IMG/VR virus record: IMGVR_UViG_3300029845_000021
Source: a virus
DNA: 47,644 nucleotides
Direction: 5' to 3' (one strand)
A program made the translations under genes and the position numbers. Under the pieces are notes generated by a model that saw only the letters and a list, made by a program, of their open reading frames with translations, made no database searches and was not told the origin of the DNA. Positions 36,048-44,446 of this stretch are shown piece after piece (position 1 is the first letter of the stretch; each line of letters starts with the position of its first letter).

Positions 36048-36051
36048 ACGC

Positions 36052-36432
36052 TTAAACTTCTATATGTTCAACTTGTGGTAACTTCTTTATGTATTCCAAC
36101 ATCGCCGTTTTGCTTTCCTCGGTTTCGTCGGTTCTGTTTATTACCAACTGAATAACTTCCAAAAGATAATCGCTATCAATACACGCATTATCAACGTCGG
36201 TAATATTATACAATGGTTCCGTTATTTCCTTGACGGCTTTAAATGCTTCTTTTGTCAACTTTGCGGCTTTTTTGAATCTCATTTTTTCGCCCTTTTCAAA
36301 GCATTTGCCTAAATGGTTTAATTTATCATCAGCGTAAAAAACGCATGTATGTGCCATGTCCGCCAAAAGATACGCCGTATTTGTAAGGAACAACGCTTTT
36401 TTTCTTAATTCTTCTTTTTCTTCGTTTGTCAT
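36052..36432 (-). CDS. Hypothetical helical protein (126 aa)
   Basis: ATG-initiated ORF with a 4-nt overlap to the upstream gene. Confidence 0.55.
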   Translation of the reverse strand: MTNEEKEELRKKALFLTNTAYLLADMAHTCVFYADDKLNHLGKCFEKGEKMRFKKAAKLTKEAFKAVKEITEPLYNITDVDNACIDSDYLLEVIQLVINRTDETEESKTAMLEYIKKLPQVEHIEV

Positions 36433-37442
36433 AGTCTTTTGTTAAAACGGTTCTCAAAATGTTTGTATTGTTCGGCGGTTTCCTGCTGCATATTACCGCA
36501 AACCGGGCTTTCCGGTTTGTTGTGTGGGTGTTTGCGCATAAATTCCGGGTTTTTCTCACGTCCTGCAATTTTAGTATATGCCATTTCCTGCAATTCCTTT
36601 TGGCTATACCCTAATAATGCCGCAATATGGAATAAAACAACGTTTACATCCGCCAATTCGTCGATAATATCATGCGTTCCGGGATTAATTTCGTTTATTT
36701 CTCTTTGCGTTTTTTCCCTGCTTAAATATCTTTCAAACGCTTCAAACAATTCGTTGTATTCCTCGGCTAATTTTCCCAATCTTTTTTCTATATTCTTGCC
36801 GAAAAGTTTATTCATCTTTTCAAACAATCTCTTTTCGTCAAAGGTCAATCCGGCGGTATTGGCGTCTTTTTCTTCAAAATTAGCCATAAACGTTTGCATA
36901 TCCATTTTGCCAAATTTTCCGTCCGGTGTCAATACAATAAAATTTCCCTCCGGTACGTCCAACATTACGCCGTTTTCGGTCGGGAATGAATAAACCGCCA
37001 AACCTCCGGGCGTTCTCGGAATCTGCATTGTTCCGCCTCCGGTAAAAATCTGCAATTTTTCCCAATTATCACGCTTTACGGGTAATGCACGAACTTCTAA
37101 CAATCGGCGGCAATAAATATCCCCGGCGGTTTCGTCCGGCATACCTAAATTTGTGCGCAACTCATTTGGCAAATTTTCCGCCCCTTTTTCGTATTCAACA
37201 AAGAATATTGCACCACGCAAAAGGTTTTGTTCTTTAATCGTCCTTGCGTCTTTTATTCTTTTCCCGTATCTGCCTTGAACTGCATATATTGCGGCTTCAA
37301 TTATTCTTTCCTCTTTGTCCGGGGCGTACATTTTAAGTTCAAAGTAATTTTCTTTCTCTGTAACTTCCGGTTCTGTTCCCGTTACATCTTCAATCATCAA
37401 AAACGTTTCCGCATCAAACGGAATAAAACTTCTTTTTTCCAT
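36429..37442 (-). CDS. MazG-like nucleoside triphosphate pyrophosphohydrolase domain fused to an unknown ~200-aa N-terminal domain
   Basis: The C-terminal part LGKLAEEYNELFEAFERYL...DIIDELADVNVVLFHIAALLGY matches the MazG EExxE...D/ExxD four-helix pattern. Confidence 0.65.
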   Translation of the reverse strand: MEKRSFIPFDAETFLMIEDVTGTEPEVTEKENYFELKMYAPDKEERIIEAAIYAVQGRYGKRIKDARTIKEQNLLRGAIFFVEYEKGAENLPNELRTNLGMPDETAGDIYCRRLLEVRALPVKRDNWEKLQIFTGGGTMQIPRTPGGLAVYSFPTENGVMLDVPEGNFIVLTPDGKFGKMDMQTFMANFEEKDANTAGLTFDEKRLFEKMNKLFGKNIEKRLGKLAEEYNELFEAFERYLSREKTQREINEINPGTHDIIDELADVNVVLFHIAALLGYSQKELQEMAYTKIAGREKNPEFMRKHPHNKPESPVCGNMQQETAEQYKHFENRFNKRL

Positions 37443-37448
37443 ATCTAA

Positions 37449-37721
37449 TTAATAAACGGTTAATAATAAAACAATCAGTCCTCCGGAAATTGTGGCGTAC
37501 AAATCTTTTTTATCAAATACGCCTCCGTGTTTTTTGTTGTAAACCTCACGCAATACCCCGGTTAAAATTACTGCTATCAATGCGATAATACGTGCAATCA
37601 TTCCCGGAATCCCGATAAATGAAACCAAACGCAAAACCAACATTACAACAATCATTCCCGCTATAATATGCAATAATTTATCGTGCGGGATTGATACTAT
37701 TAATTGAAATATCTTTTTCAT
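37449..37721 (-). CDS. Small membrane protein (90 aa, 3 TM segments)
   Basis: Hydrophobic helices throughout. ATGA overlap with the upstream gene. Confidence 0.55.
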   Translation of the reverse strand: MKKIFQLIVSIPHDKLLHIIAGMIVVMLVLRLVSFIGIPGMIARIIALIAVILTGVLREVYNKKHGGVFDKKDLYATISGGLIVLLLTVY

Positions 37722-38002
37722 CGCTTTTTTTCTGTTATGTTATACAATTTTCTGAAATATATTACTTTGTTATCGCTCCGGCTTGTTCTGTAACATTTAA
37801 GCCCAACCGCCGGGCAATCGTCTTTATGGATAACGCAACACGCGCATCTACTCAAACATACATATTTGCCAACATTTTCAATCAGTTTATCAGACGGTTT
37901 AACCCATCTTTCCGCAATTATTACCATACCCCGGTAAACTGCAAGTTCGCCGGGGTTGTATTCACGTCCGGGTTCAAACGGTTGTGGTTTCTTTATTCTC
38001 AT
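37718..38002 (-). CDS. Hypothetical cysteine-rich protein (94 aa)
   Basis: ATG-initiated ORF. Confidence 0.5.
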   Translation of the reverse strand: MRIKKPQPFEPGREYNPGELAVYRGMVIIAERWVKPSDKLIENVGKYVCLSRCACCVIHKDDCPAVGLKCYRTSRSDNKVIYFRKLYNITEKKR

Positions 38003-38174
38003 TTTCTATCGAACTAACCAACAAATCCAAATTTTCCTCTGTTCCGGAAATTGAAATTCTTGCTTTCCCTGCTCCCATTACCGCCAATTCCGTAATTGTG
38101 CAATCATATTTGCCTGCGGATTTTTGAAACTTTGCCGCCTCATTTAATGGCAATATTTTTGTTATCTCTTTCAT
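37974..38174 (-). CDS. Hypothetical protein (66 aa)
   Basis: ATG-initiated ORF. It overlaps the next gene by 29 nt. Confidence 0.45.
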   Translation of the reverse strand: MKEITKILPLNEAAKFQKSAGKYDCTITELAVMGAGKARISISGTEENLDLLVSSIENENKETTTV

Positions 38175-38206
38175 CGCTCACGTTTTTAGTATTTTACATT
38201 ACAAAG

Positions 38207-38413
38207 TTAATAATTTCTTTTGGTTTTTATCCATATCAGCCGGAAACCAACGGAAAAACAAAGCAATTTAATTTCAATATCTAAATAAACGTCATGTCCT
38301 TTTACGCCCTCAACCATAACTCCGGGCGTCAAATAAAATTGCTTATACTTCCACAAACTTTGCAGATACAAATAAAACCCGATACGTCCAATATGGAATC
38401 TGATTGTTTTCAT
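38207..38413 (-). CDS. Small hypothetical protein (68 aa from the ATG at 38413; the track start is TTG)
   Basis: ATGA overlap with the stop of the ASCH gene. Confidence 0.45.
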   Translation of the reverse strand: MKTIRFHIGRIGFYLYLQSLWKYKQFYLTPGVMVEGVKGHDVYLDIEIKLLCFSVGFRLIWIKTKRNY

Positions 38414-38919
38414 TTCTCTATCTGTTTTTTTATCTGTTCCCAACTCTTTTTGTCAATTACCATTTTCCGGGGGTATTGTATTATTTCGCCCTTGGTATAT
38501 ACGAGATTATAGATACCCAATTGCCCCTTAATTGGCATTTCAACAACACGTCTTGGGTTGCGCATCATCCATCCGAAACCCTTTGTTATTTTTGCCCTCT
38601 TTTCCTTTGGAATCCGGGTGTTTTCCCAATCCTCCGGCGTAAACTCTTTTATCGGCTTCACGTCGTACAACTCAACCAATCCCAAAGTAACGCCGCTTTC
38701 CATTCCGGGATAAACCGGTTTTGCCGACGAACAAATAAGAACGTCGCCACGGTATGACGTTTTTTTGCTTCTAACTTCAATTGATTTTCGCCCGTAAACA
38801 ACGCCGTTTTCGTCTTTGTATGCCGCCGTTACCAAATCATTTGCGTATGGCTGTTTGACGGTCAACGCACGCCAACGGTCATGCTTTTCCGGGTTGTAAT
38901 CCTTATTGCTGTACTGCAT
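38410..38919 (-). CDS. ASCH (PUA-fold) domain protein; start moved to the ATG at 38919
   Basis: RALTVKQPYANDLV...KSIEVRSKKTSYRGDVLICSS matches the usual ASCH N-terminal pattern. The longer track ORF begins with TTG and overlaps the upstream gene. Confidence 0.7.
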   Translation of the reverse strand: MQYSNKDYNPEKHDRWRALTVKQPYANDLVTAAYKDENGVVYGRKSIEVRSKKTSYRGDVLICSSAKPVYPGMESGVTLGLVELYDVKPIKEFTPEDWENTRIPKEKRAKITKGFGWMMRNPRRVVEMPIKGQLGIYNLVYTKGEIIQYPRKMVIDKKSWEQIKKQIEK

Positions 38920-38920
38920 A

Positions 38921-39106
38921 TCATTTCGCTTTTTTGTTATTCCCGGCGGGCTGGTCATATACTGCAAAACCAATCGGTCGTCTTGGCTCCGGTTCCGGTT
39001 GTTTCGGCGGGATAAACTCACAAACCGCAATAACCTTATTTCCTTTTGTCCGGGTGCCAATCAGACGGGAACCCGCCGGAATTTTTATTTCAATTTCAAA
39101 TCTCAT
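38921..39106 (-). CDS. Small hypothetical protein (61 aa)
   Basis: ATG at 39106, packed tightly between the SSB and ASCH genes. Confidence 0.45.
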   Translation of the reverse strand: MRFEIEIKIPAGSRLIGTRTKGNKVIAVCEFIPPKQPEPEPRRPIGFAVYDQPAGNNKKAK

Positions 39107-39108
39107 TT

Positions 39109-39522
39109 TCAAAACGGCAAATCATCATTTGGCGTTGGTGGCGGTGGCGTTGGTGCTGCTCCCTGCTGTCCTCCGTTCTGTCCGTCTTTCTTTGGCGTCA
39201 ACATTTCCATATCATACCCGTAAACCTCGGTAATAAAATGTTTAACGCCGTTGTTGTCCTCATAACTGCGGGTTCTCAATTCCCCCTCAATGTATAATTT
39301 ATCGCCCTTTTTAACGTACTGCCCGGCTATCTTTGCCAAACCATTTGACAATACAATGTTGTGCCACTCTGTACGTTCCGGAATCTCTCTGCCGTCTTTT
39401 GTCGTGAATCCTCTTTTGGTTGTTGCCAACGGGAATTGTGCGACAACTCCGCCATTATCAAACGTTTTAACGTCGGGGTCTTTTCCGGTATGCCCCATCA
39501 AAATAACCTTGTTTACACTCAT
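39109..39522 (-). CDS. ssb: Single-stranded DNA-binding protein
   Basis: OB-fold N-terminus MSVNKVILMGHTGKDPDVK...TEWHNIV, a Gly/Pro/Gln-rich linker and the acidic C-terminal tip DDLPF. Confidence 0.9.
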   Translation of the reverse strand: MSVNKVILMGHTGKDPDVKTFDNGGVVAQFPLATTKRGFTTKDGREIPERTEWHNIVLSNGLAKIAGQYVKKGDKLYIEGELRTRSYEDNNGVKHFITEVYGYDMEMLTPKKDGQNGGQQGAAPTPPPPTPNDDLPF

Positions 39523-39644
39523 ACAAAAAACGTTTTAATTATCCAAACAATGATACTATACAACGCCCACATATAAGACGCAACCGTTAACGTCACGAAC
39601 GTGTATAACGCAATTTTATATCCGGTTTCTGATTTTATTTTCAT
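39519..39644 (-). CDS. Small membrane protein (41 aa) not in the ORF track: MKIKSETGYKIALYTFVTLTVASYMWALYSIIVWIIKTFFV
   Basis: Translated by hand. It fills the gap exactly: the upstream stop is at 39646 and its TGA overlaps the ssb ATG (ATGA). Confidence 0.45.
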   Translation of the reverse strand: MKIKSETGYKIALYTFVTLTVASYMWALYSIIVWIIKTFFV

Positions 39645-39645
39645 G

Positions 39646-39993
39646 TCACTTGAATTTTACGCAATCCAACAAATATTGTTTCTTATTGTCCGACCATCCG
39701 GCGGCATGGTTTATCGCTTTTCGGTCGTCGTCGTGTACGAACTCACATACCCAACCGCCGACGCTTGATTTTTGAACCAATCGAACCAATTTACCAACAA
39801 TGAAAGAACGCAATTTGTAATAACTTGAATTTTCGCCAACAAACAAAACCCGTCTTTCTGCATTTATTTCGGGCGGATTTTCGATTTGCGGGCGTTTCTC
39901 CCTTTCCGGGTATGTTTGTACCCGTCTGAAATCATTTTTGATTGAACGGCGGGAAATTGCCCCGTAATCGGGTGTTCTTTTTTTCGTCCTCAT
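39646..39993 (-). CDS. Hypothetical basic protein (115 aa); carries one copy of the 19-bp repeat
   Basis: ATG-initiated ORF with an ATGA overlap to the upstream gene. Confidence 0.55.
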   Translation of the reverse strand: MRTKKRTPDYGAISRRSIKNDFRRVQTYPEREKRPQIENPPEINAERRVLFVGENSSYYKLRSFIVGKLVRLVQKSSVGGWVCEFVHDDDRKAINHAAGWSDNKKQYLLDCVKFK

Positions 39994-40436
39994 ATTTTCA
40001 AACTTCTGTATTCGTTTTTAAGCAATTCAATAATCCGGACGTTGCCCGGATATATACGCATTTTCGTTTTATCCCCATTCTCCCAACATGAATGATGTTC
40101 AAAACATAGTATATTTATATTTCTTGCATCATGCGCCATTTCGGGAAACGCTCCACGGGTCAATATATGCGAACAATAAACGGCGGAATAATTCCGTAAC
40201 GGCTTTAAACATTCTTCGCATCTGTGCGGCTTATGCTCCCAAACCCACCGGAAAAACCGTTGGTTGGCAACGGGAATGTCGCCACGTCCTAAAACGCAAT
40301 TCCCGAACACTTCCCGTTGTAACTCAACACGCAACCGTATATCTAACCGAAAATTACGAATATCCAATAACGGTTCGTAACCACGTGCAACGCAATATTC
40401 ATATTCGCAACGCTCGGTCAACAATATTGGCTCCAT
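39990..40436 (-). CDS. HNH-type nuclease
   Basis: CEECLKPL...CSHILTRGAFPEMAHDARNINILCFEHHSCWE fits a CxxC ... H ... N ... HH arrangement. Confidence 0.6.
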   Translation of the reverse strand: MEPILLTERCEYEYCVARGYEPLLDIRNFRLDIRLRVELQREVFGNCVLGRGDIPVANQRFFRWVWEHKPHRCEECLKPLRNYSAVYCSHILTRGAFPEMAHDARNINILCFEHHSCWENGDKTKMRIYPGNVRIIELLKNEYRSLKI

Positions 40437-41110
40437 TACATATTGTCTGTATCGTCCGCCGGGTCTGCCATTTCCGGGAACATATCATTTTCATTTTCGT
40501 TGTCTGCATCATTTACATAAACTAACGGGTTGGGTTCCCCATCAGCCCCGAACAAATCCATTTGCGCCTTTTTGCCCTCAAACAGAAATTCGTAAACCTC
40601 GTTTTCAATATCGCAAACAATGTTTTCCAACTCTTCCTCAAAACCGAACGTTTCAACGTTATATTTCATTCGTGGGGTATTGATTGCTGTTTTCTGATTG
40701 TTTGATATGGTAAACAATCCGGTTAAAACGACGCCTACGTTATCATCTTGCCCGGACAAAGAAACGCCCCTAACCTCTATATTGTCCAAACATTCTTCCG
40801 CAAATGCGGCTGCAATATCTGTTTGTTTCTTTGTTGCTTTAAACTCCGGCGTTGCCATCATGGTTTTAAATGACGTTATGTTGAATACACGTCCCATAAT
40901 CGGGCGCAAATCATTAAACAAATGACGCAAATCCGGGTGTATGTCTTTTGCACTCAATACATGGTATTTGTTCGTGTAACTCTCATTTCCGACAACTTCC
41001 GTTACTTCATAATGTACGTCTAACCCGCCATCTTTCAATAACTTTACTTTCGATAATGAAAACTTTTCCTTTGTAGGAATCGGCATAACATTTTGTTTTT
41101 TTTCGCTCAT
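40436..41110 (-). CDS. Hypothetical protein with a highly acidic C-terminal tail (224 aa)
   Basis: ATG-initiated ORF. C-terminus reads DADNENENDMFPEMADPADDTDNM. Confidence 0.55.
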   Translation of the reverse strand: MSEKKQNVMPIPTKEKFSLSKVKLLKDGGLDVHYEVTEVVGNESYTNKYHVLSAKDIHPDLRHLFNDLRPIMGRVFNITSFKTMMATPEFKATKKQTDIAAAFAEECLDNIEVRGVSLSGQDDNVGVVLTGLFTISNNQKTAINTPRMKYNVETFGFEEELENIVCDIENEVYEFLFEGKKAQMDLFGADGEPNPLVYVNDADNENENDMFPEMADPADDTDNM

Positions 41111-41115
41111 AATTT

Positions 41116-41238
41116 TTAATCTTTATTGTTTCCCGGTTCCTCCGGGTCGGTTTCTTCTTGGAAATACTCGCACGGTTCATCATCAGCACAACGACCGGAC
41201 AAACAACATACCGGATAATCCACGCAATCAATGCACAT
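41116..41238 (-). CDS. Small Cys-rich acidic protein (40 aa) not in the ORF track: MCIDCVDYPVCCLSGRCADDEPCEYFQEETDPEEPGNNKD
   Basis: Translated by hand. It has an ATG start and ends 5 nt before the next gene. It replaces the TTG-initiated 74-aa track ORF in another frame. Confidence 0.4.
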   Translation of the reverse strand: MCIDCVDYPVCCLSGRCADDEPCEYFQEETDPEEPGNNKD

Positions 41239-41257
41239 TTTTTTTTTCGTTCATAAT

Positions 41258-42070
41258 TTAAAAGTCTGTTTCATTTAACAATTTTGCAACCTTGTTTTCC
41301 GGCTCTGCATCCGGTGCAAATATCGGTTTCGGGCCGTGAACTAAAACTTCCCTTTTTACCTTTTTGGTCTTTGCGGGTTCCGGTTCCGGGTTAAACTTCA
41401 ATTGTTCCGCCGGATATTCTTTTGGTTTCAGTTCTATAATACCATTTTCCACCAAAACCGGAATACAACGTTTGCAGGCTTTCACGTCCTCCAACGCATC
41501 ATGCACCGGGAATGTTTCGCCGGGGAAACATTTATTATAAAGTTCTTCCAACGTCGGGAATTTTCCGGGGCGTCCATTTGCAAACATTGCGCCGACAAAT
41601 TTAATTGTTTTCATCATGGTATCAATTCGTTTTCCCTTAAACAATGCGTCCTCGGCTTTTTCGTCGTAATACTCACGCCCCATAATTCGCAATATCATTG
41701 CTTTTACAATTGACGTATCAAAGTAAATGTTGTGTCCTACCAACAAACGGGCTTTTTCGCAATCCTCCAAAAATTCGCCTATAATATCAGCAAATGGGAC
41801 GCCCTCGGCGTTTGCTCTCTCTGCTGTAATTCCGTGAACTTCTGTTGACGCTTCCGGTATTTCCCATCCCTCCGGCTTTATGATAAATGAACGTTCCTTT
41901 TCGTTTACCGCCCATGCCAATTGCACAATATTTGGAAATTCCGCAAAATCAACGTCCCATTTTGCGCCCTTTGGGGGCAACCCGGTTGTTTCACAATCGA
42001 ACGTCAAAACATCTTTCATAATGTCGTTTATCTCATTTCCTTTGCTGTCTTTCAATGTTACTTTTTTCAT
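41258..42070 (-). CDS. DEDDh 3'-5' exonuclease (DnaQ/epsilon-like)
   Basis: ExoI LTFDCETTGL, ExoII LVGHNIYFDTSIV and ExoIII VHDALEDVKAC. Start taken at the ATG at 42070. Confidence 0.8.
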   Translation of the reverse strand: MKKVTLKDSKGNEINDIMKDVLTFDCETTGLPPKGAKWDVDFAEFPNIVQLAWAVNEKERSFIIKPEGWEIPEASTEVHGITAERANAEGVPFADIIGEFLEDCEKARLLVGHNIYFDTSIVKAMILRIMGREYYDEKAEDALFKGKRIDTMMKTIKFVGAMFANGRPGKFPTLEELYNKCFPGETFPVHDALEDVKACKRCIPVLVENGIIELKPKEYPAEQLKFNPEPEPAKTKKVKREVLVHGPKPIFAPDAEPENKVAKLLNETDF

Positions 42071-42072
42071 AA

Positions 42073-42504
42073 TCAAATTTCATTTGGGTCTGCTATATAT
42101 ATATAATATTCTTCACTTGCAAGTTGTTTTAAAAATTCGATATGTTCTATTAATTCAGCATTGCTCAACTCTGCAATTGTCCGCAACCGGGTTTCATATT
42201 TCCCGGTGTTAATATCCGGGGTCTGCTCATACATAACCGGGGACAACTCACGCAATCGGCGTTCGGTTTGTTCCTCTGTCAGACGTTCGCCCGCCTCCCA
42301 AATTCCGGTTCTGAATGTTGGTACAACGTAATTGAAATAATAACCTTTCAAAGCCTCTGACGAACCGGGCGACGCTACAATAAAACGGGCAATTATGCGG
42401 CTACCTTTGTGCATTGCAAAGAATTGGTTCAACTCTCCAAAATACATTCGTAATTTGCCATCATTACCGATATTACCACTACTTGAAATTTCACGCCTTT
42501 TCAT
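42073..42504 (-). CDS. Hypothetical protein (143 aa)
   Basis: ATG-initiated ORF between the ATPase and exonuclease genes. Confidence 0.55.
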   Translation of the reverse strand: MKRREISSSGNIGNDGKLRMYFGELNQFFAMHKGSRIIARFIVASPGSSEALKGYYFNYVVPTFRTGIWEAGERLTEEQTERRLRELSPVMYEQTPDINTGKYETRLRTIAELSNAELIEHIEFLKQLASEEYYIYIADPNEI

Positions 42505-42820
42505 TTTTATACCTCCACATATAACGTTTCATTGTAATATTAAACGCTTCGCCGCCAACTTCCAATATAAACTTTCTTTCGCTGCTTGAATACCCCTGCA
42601 ATTTTTTATCCATCGCCGACGCATAAAGAACGGTCATTTGTCCCGGTTCAAAAACTCCTTTTTCCTGCAATCGGTCTATCGGGTGCCGTTTCAATGGGGC
42701 GTTTGCGCTTATTCTTGCATTTCTCCGGATGTTTTCCAAATCGGAAATAACCACCTTCAGATTATTATAAAATTCGGGTGTTTTCAAAACGTCCGAAATT
42801 GTCATTTCTTTAACTTCCAT
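42491..42820 (-). CDS. Hypothetical protein (109 aa)
   Basis: ATG-initiated ORF. Confidence 0.55.
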   Translation of the reverse strand: MEVKEMTISDVLKTPEFYNNLKVVISDLENIRRNARISANAPLKRHPIDRLQEKGVFEPGQMTVLYASAMDKKLQGYSSSERKFILEVGGEAFNITMKRYMWRYKNEKA

Positions 42821-42864
42821 ATTGTTTTGTTTAAGGGACGCCGGGAAACCGACGCCCCGGTTAA

Positions 42865-44223
42865 TTACTCGTTTTCTGTGTATTCCTCAATAATTAAATC
42901 CTGCTGTCCCCTTACAACACTTTCAATAAAACCTTGGAATCCCTCTTTTTTTGCCAAATCCAAAATTGCCTGCAATCTCTTTTGTCCCAAACTTTCGCCC
43001 CTCGCAATTCTGAATACCTTAACCGTTGGGTTACTTGCAATAATCAGTTTTGCGGCAACCTCCATTATTTGCGAATCTGAAACCTTTCCGGAGACAAATG
43101 GGACGTCATTTAATACTAACCCATCATCACTAAACGAAAGTCCGGAAATCGGCAATTTCGCCGACGAAATAAGTTTTTCACGCTCGGCGGATAATTCCGC
43201 AATTTCTGAATCCATCTTTTCCGCTTCTGCTTTTTTGTCGTCTGCTTGTTTTTTCTTTGAAAGATAATCGGCAACCTTTGCAGCCTTTTTGTTGTGTTCC
43301 TCGGCTTCTTTCAATTGTTTTTCTGTATCGAAATTATTCGGGTTCAAAGCCTCATAATCTGTTAACCATTTTTCGGCACTTGCTATTTTTCCCTCATAAT
43401 CTTTCTTTTCTTCTTCAACGACCGAAACGGTTTGTTTATACGTCTTTTCGGCTTCTTCCATTGCTTTCTTTGCCGCCTCAATTGCTTTATTGTATGAATC
43501 TTTGGCGGCTGCCAAACGTACCGGAATCTCTGCCAATCTCCCCTTTCTTTCTTCCATACGTAAACGCACGCCCTTTGCTTTCTCAACCAACTTTGCGTTT
43601 TCCTGCTGTTCTTTCATCAGTTCCGTAATGTCCTTTGGTTTGGCATACGTTTTCAAATCCTGCGTTGTCAATCCCTGCCCGGCTGCATCTGATATTGATT
43701 TGTAGGTTTTCAAATCTCGGTTTACTCCGGTACGTTCTGTTTTAAGCCCGGCAACGGTTGTATCAATTTCGGCAATCCTTGTTCTTACTTCTTCCGGCAA
43801 CAAAGACTTTACAACCTCAATTTGCTTTCTGCGTCCCTCGGCGGTTTCCGACCAACGGGAAAATTCCACGGCGTCAAAATCTGTATAACCGAAAATCTTT
43901 TGTAACATAGAAACGTTATCACTTTTCATTCCGGTTGTCTTTGATTTAATTGATAACGTGCCACGTGGGTTTGCTTTCGTGAATTTCAATTCAATCTCGT
44001 ATTCCTCGCCGTCGTCGCCGACAATCATTTTTGCAAAACCTTTGCTTTCTCCATTCTTCAATACGGCGTCACGGTTCCCGGTCAACAAAGCCCCAATTGC
44101 TTTTAATACCGTTGATTTTCCCAACTCATTATCCCCGGTAATGAAATAAACATTACCGTCAAAATCTGCGTTAAACTCTTTAATTACTTGGAAATTTACC
44201 AATTCTAATTTCTTTACTATCAT
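42865..44223 (-). CDS. SMC/RecF/Rad50-like ATPase with a central coiled coil
   Basis: N-terminal Walker A FITGDNELGKSTVLKAIG, ~200 aa of coiled coil, and a C-terminal signature-like SGKVSDSQ...VKVFRIARGESLG. Confidence 0.7.
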   Translation of the reverse strand: MIVKKLELVNFQVIKEFNADFDGNVYFITGDNELGKSTVLKAIGALLTGNRDAVLKNGESKGFAKMIVGDDGEEYEIELKFTKANPRGTLSIKSKTTGMKSDNVSMLQKIFGYTDFDAVEFSRWSETAEGRRKQIEVVKSLLPEEVRTRIAEIDTTVAGLKTERTGVNRDLKTYKSISDAAGQGLTTQDLKTYAKPKDITELMKEQQENAKLVEKAKGVRLRMEERKGRLAEIPVRLAAAKDSYNKAIEAAKKAMEEAEKTYKQTVSVVEEEKKDYEGKIASAEKWLTDYEALNPNNFDTEKQLKEAEEHNKKAAKVADYLSKKKQADDKKAEAEKMDSEIAELSAEREKLISSAKLPISGLSFSDDGLVLNDVPFVSGKVSDSQIMEVAAKLIIASNPTVKVFRIARGESLGQKRLQAILDLAKKEGFQGFIESVVRGQQDLIIEEYTENE

Positions 44224-44257
44224 AATGCTCTCGGTTTGTGCCTTTTGGCGGTTAATA

Positions 44258-44446
44258 TTATTTTGTTAATTCTCTCATTCTTTGGTATATCATTGTTTGC
44301 ACCTTAACAAATGCGTCCCGGCTTTCTTTCGCTTCCTCAACCGTGCAATCAGCAATGAAATTTTCCAAACGCTTGTATAATTCGTTCAACTCTTTGTCGC
44401 TCATTGCGTGCCGGATTGCTCCTACTTCATCAACAAACTTTCCCAT
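44258..44446 (-). CDS. Small hypothetical protein (62 aa from the ATG at 44446)
   Basis: MGKFVDEVGAIRHAMSDKELNELYKRLE... The longer track form starts at TTG and overlaps the upstream gene by 86 nt. Confidence 0.45.
   Translation of the reverse strand: MGKFVDEVGAIRHAMSDKELNELYKRLENFIADCTVEEAKESRDAFVKVQTMIYQRMRELTK

Noticed and set aside
38227-38235. TTATCCATA, a one-mismatch DnaA-box-like sequence (plus weaker ones near 5707 and 41215)
   Set aside because: These are single isolated near-matches inside coding sequence, as expected by chance in AT-rich DNA. They are not clustered near the candidate origin.
39068-39080. GGGAACCCGCCGG, a near match to the conserved leader-hairpin sequence
   Set aside because: It lacks one C, so only a 3-bp stem can form. 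It lies inside a coding region and is not upstream of an operon start.
41007-41231. 74-aa track ORF between the exonuclease gene and the 224-aa gene
   Set aside because: It has a TTG start, overlaps the next gene by 104 nt and has an implausible basic composition. The ATG-initiated 40-aa Cys-rich ORF in another frame fits the gap better.
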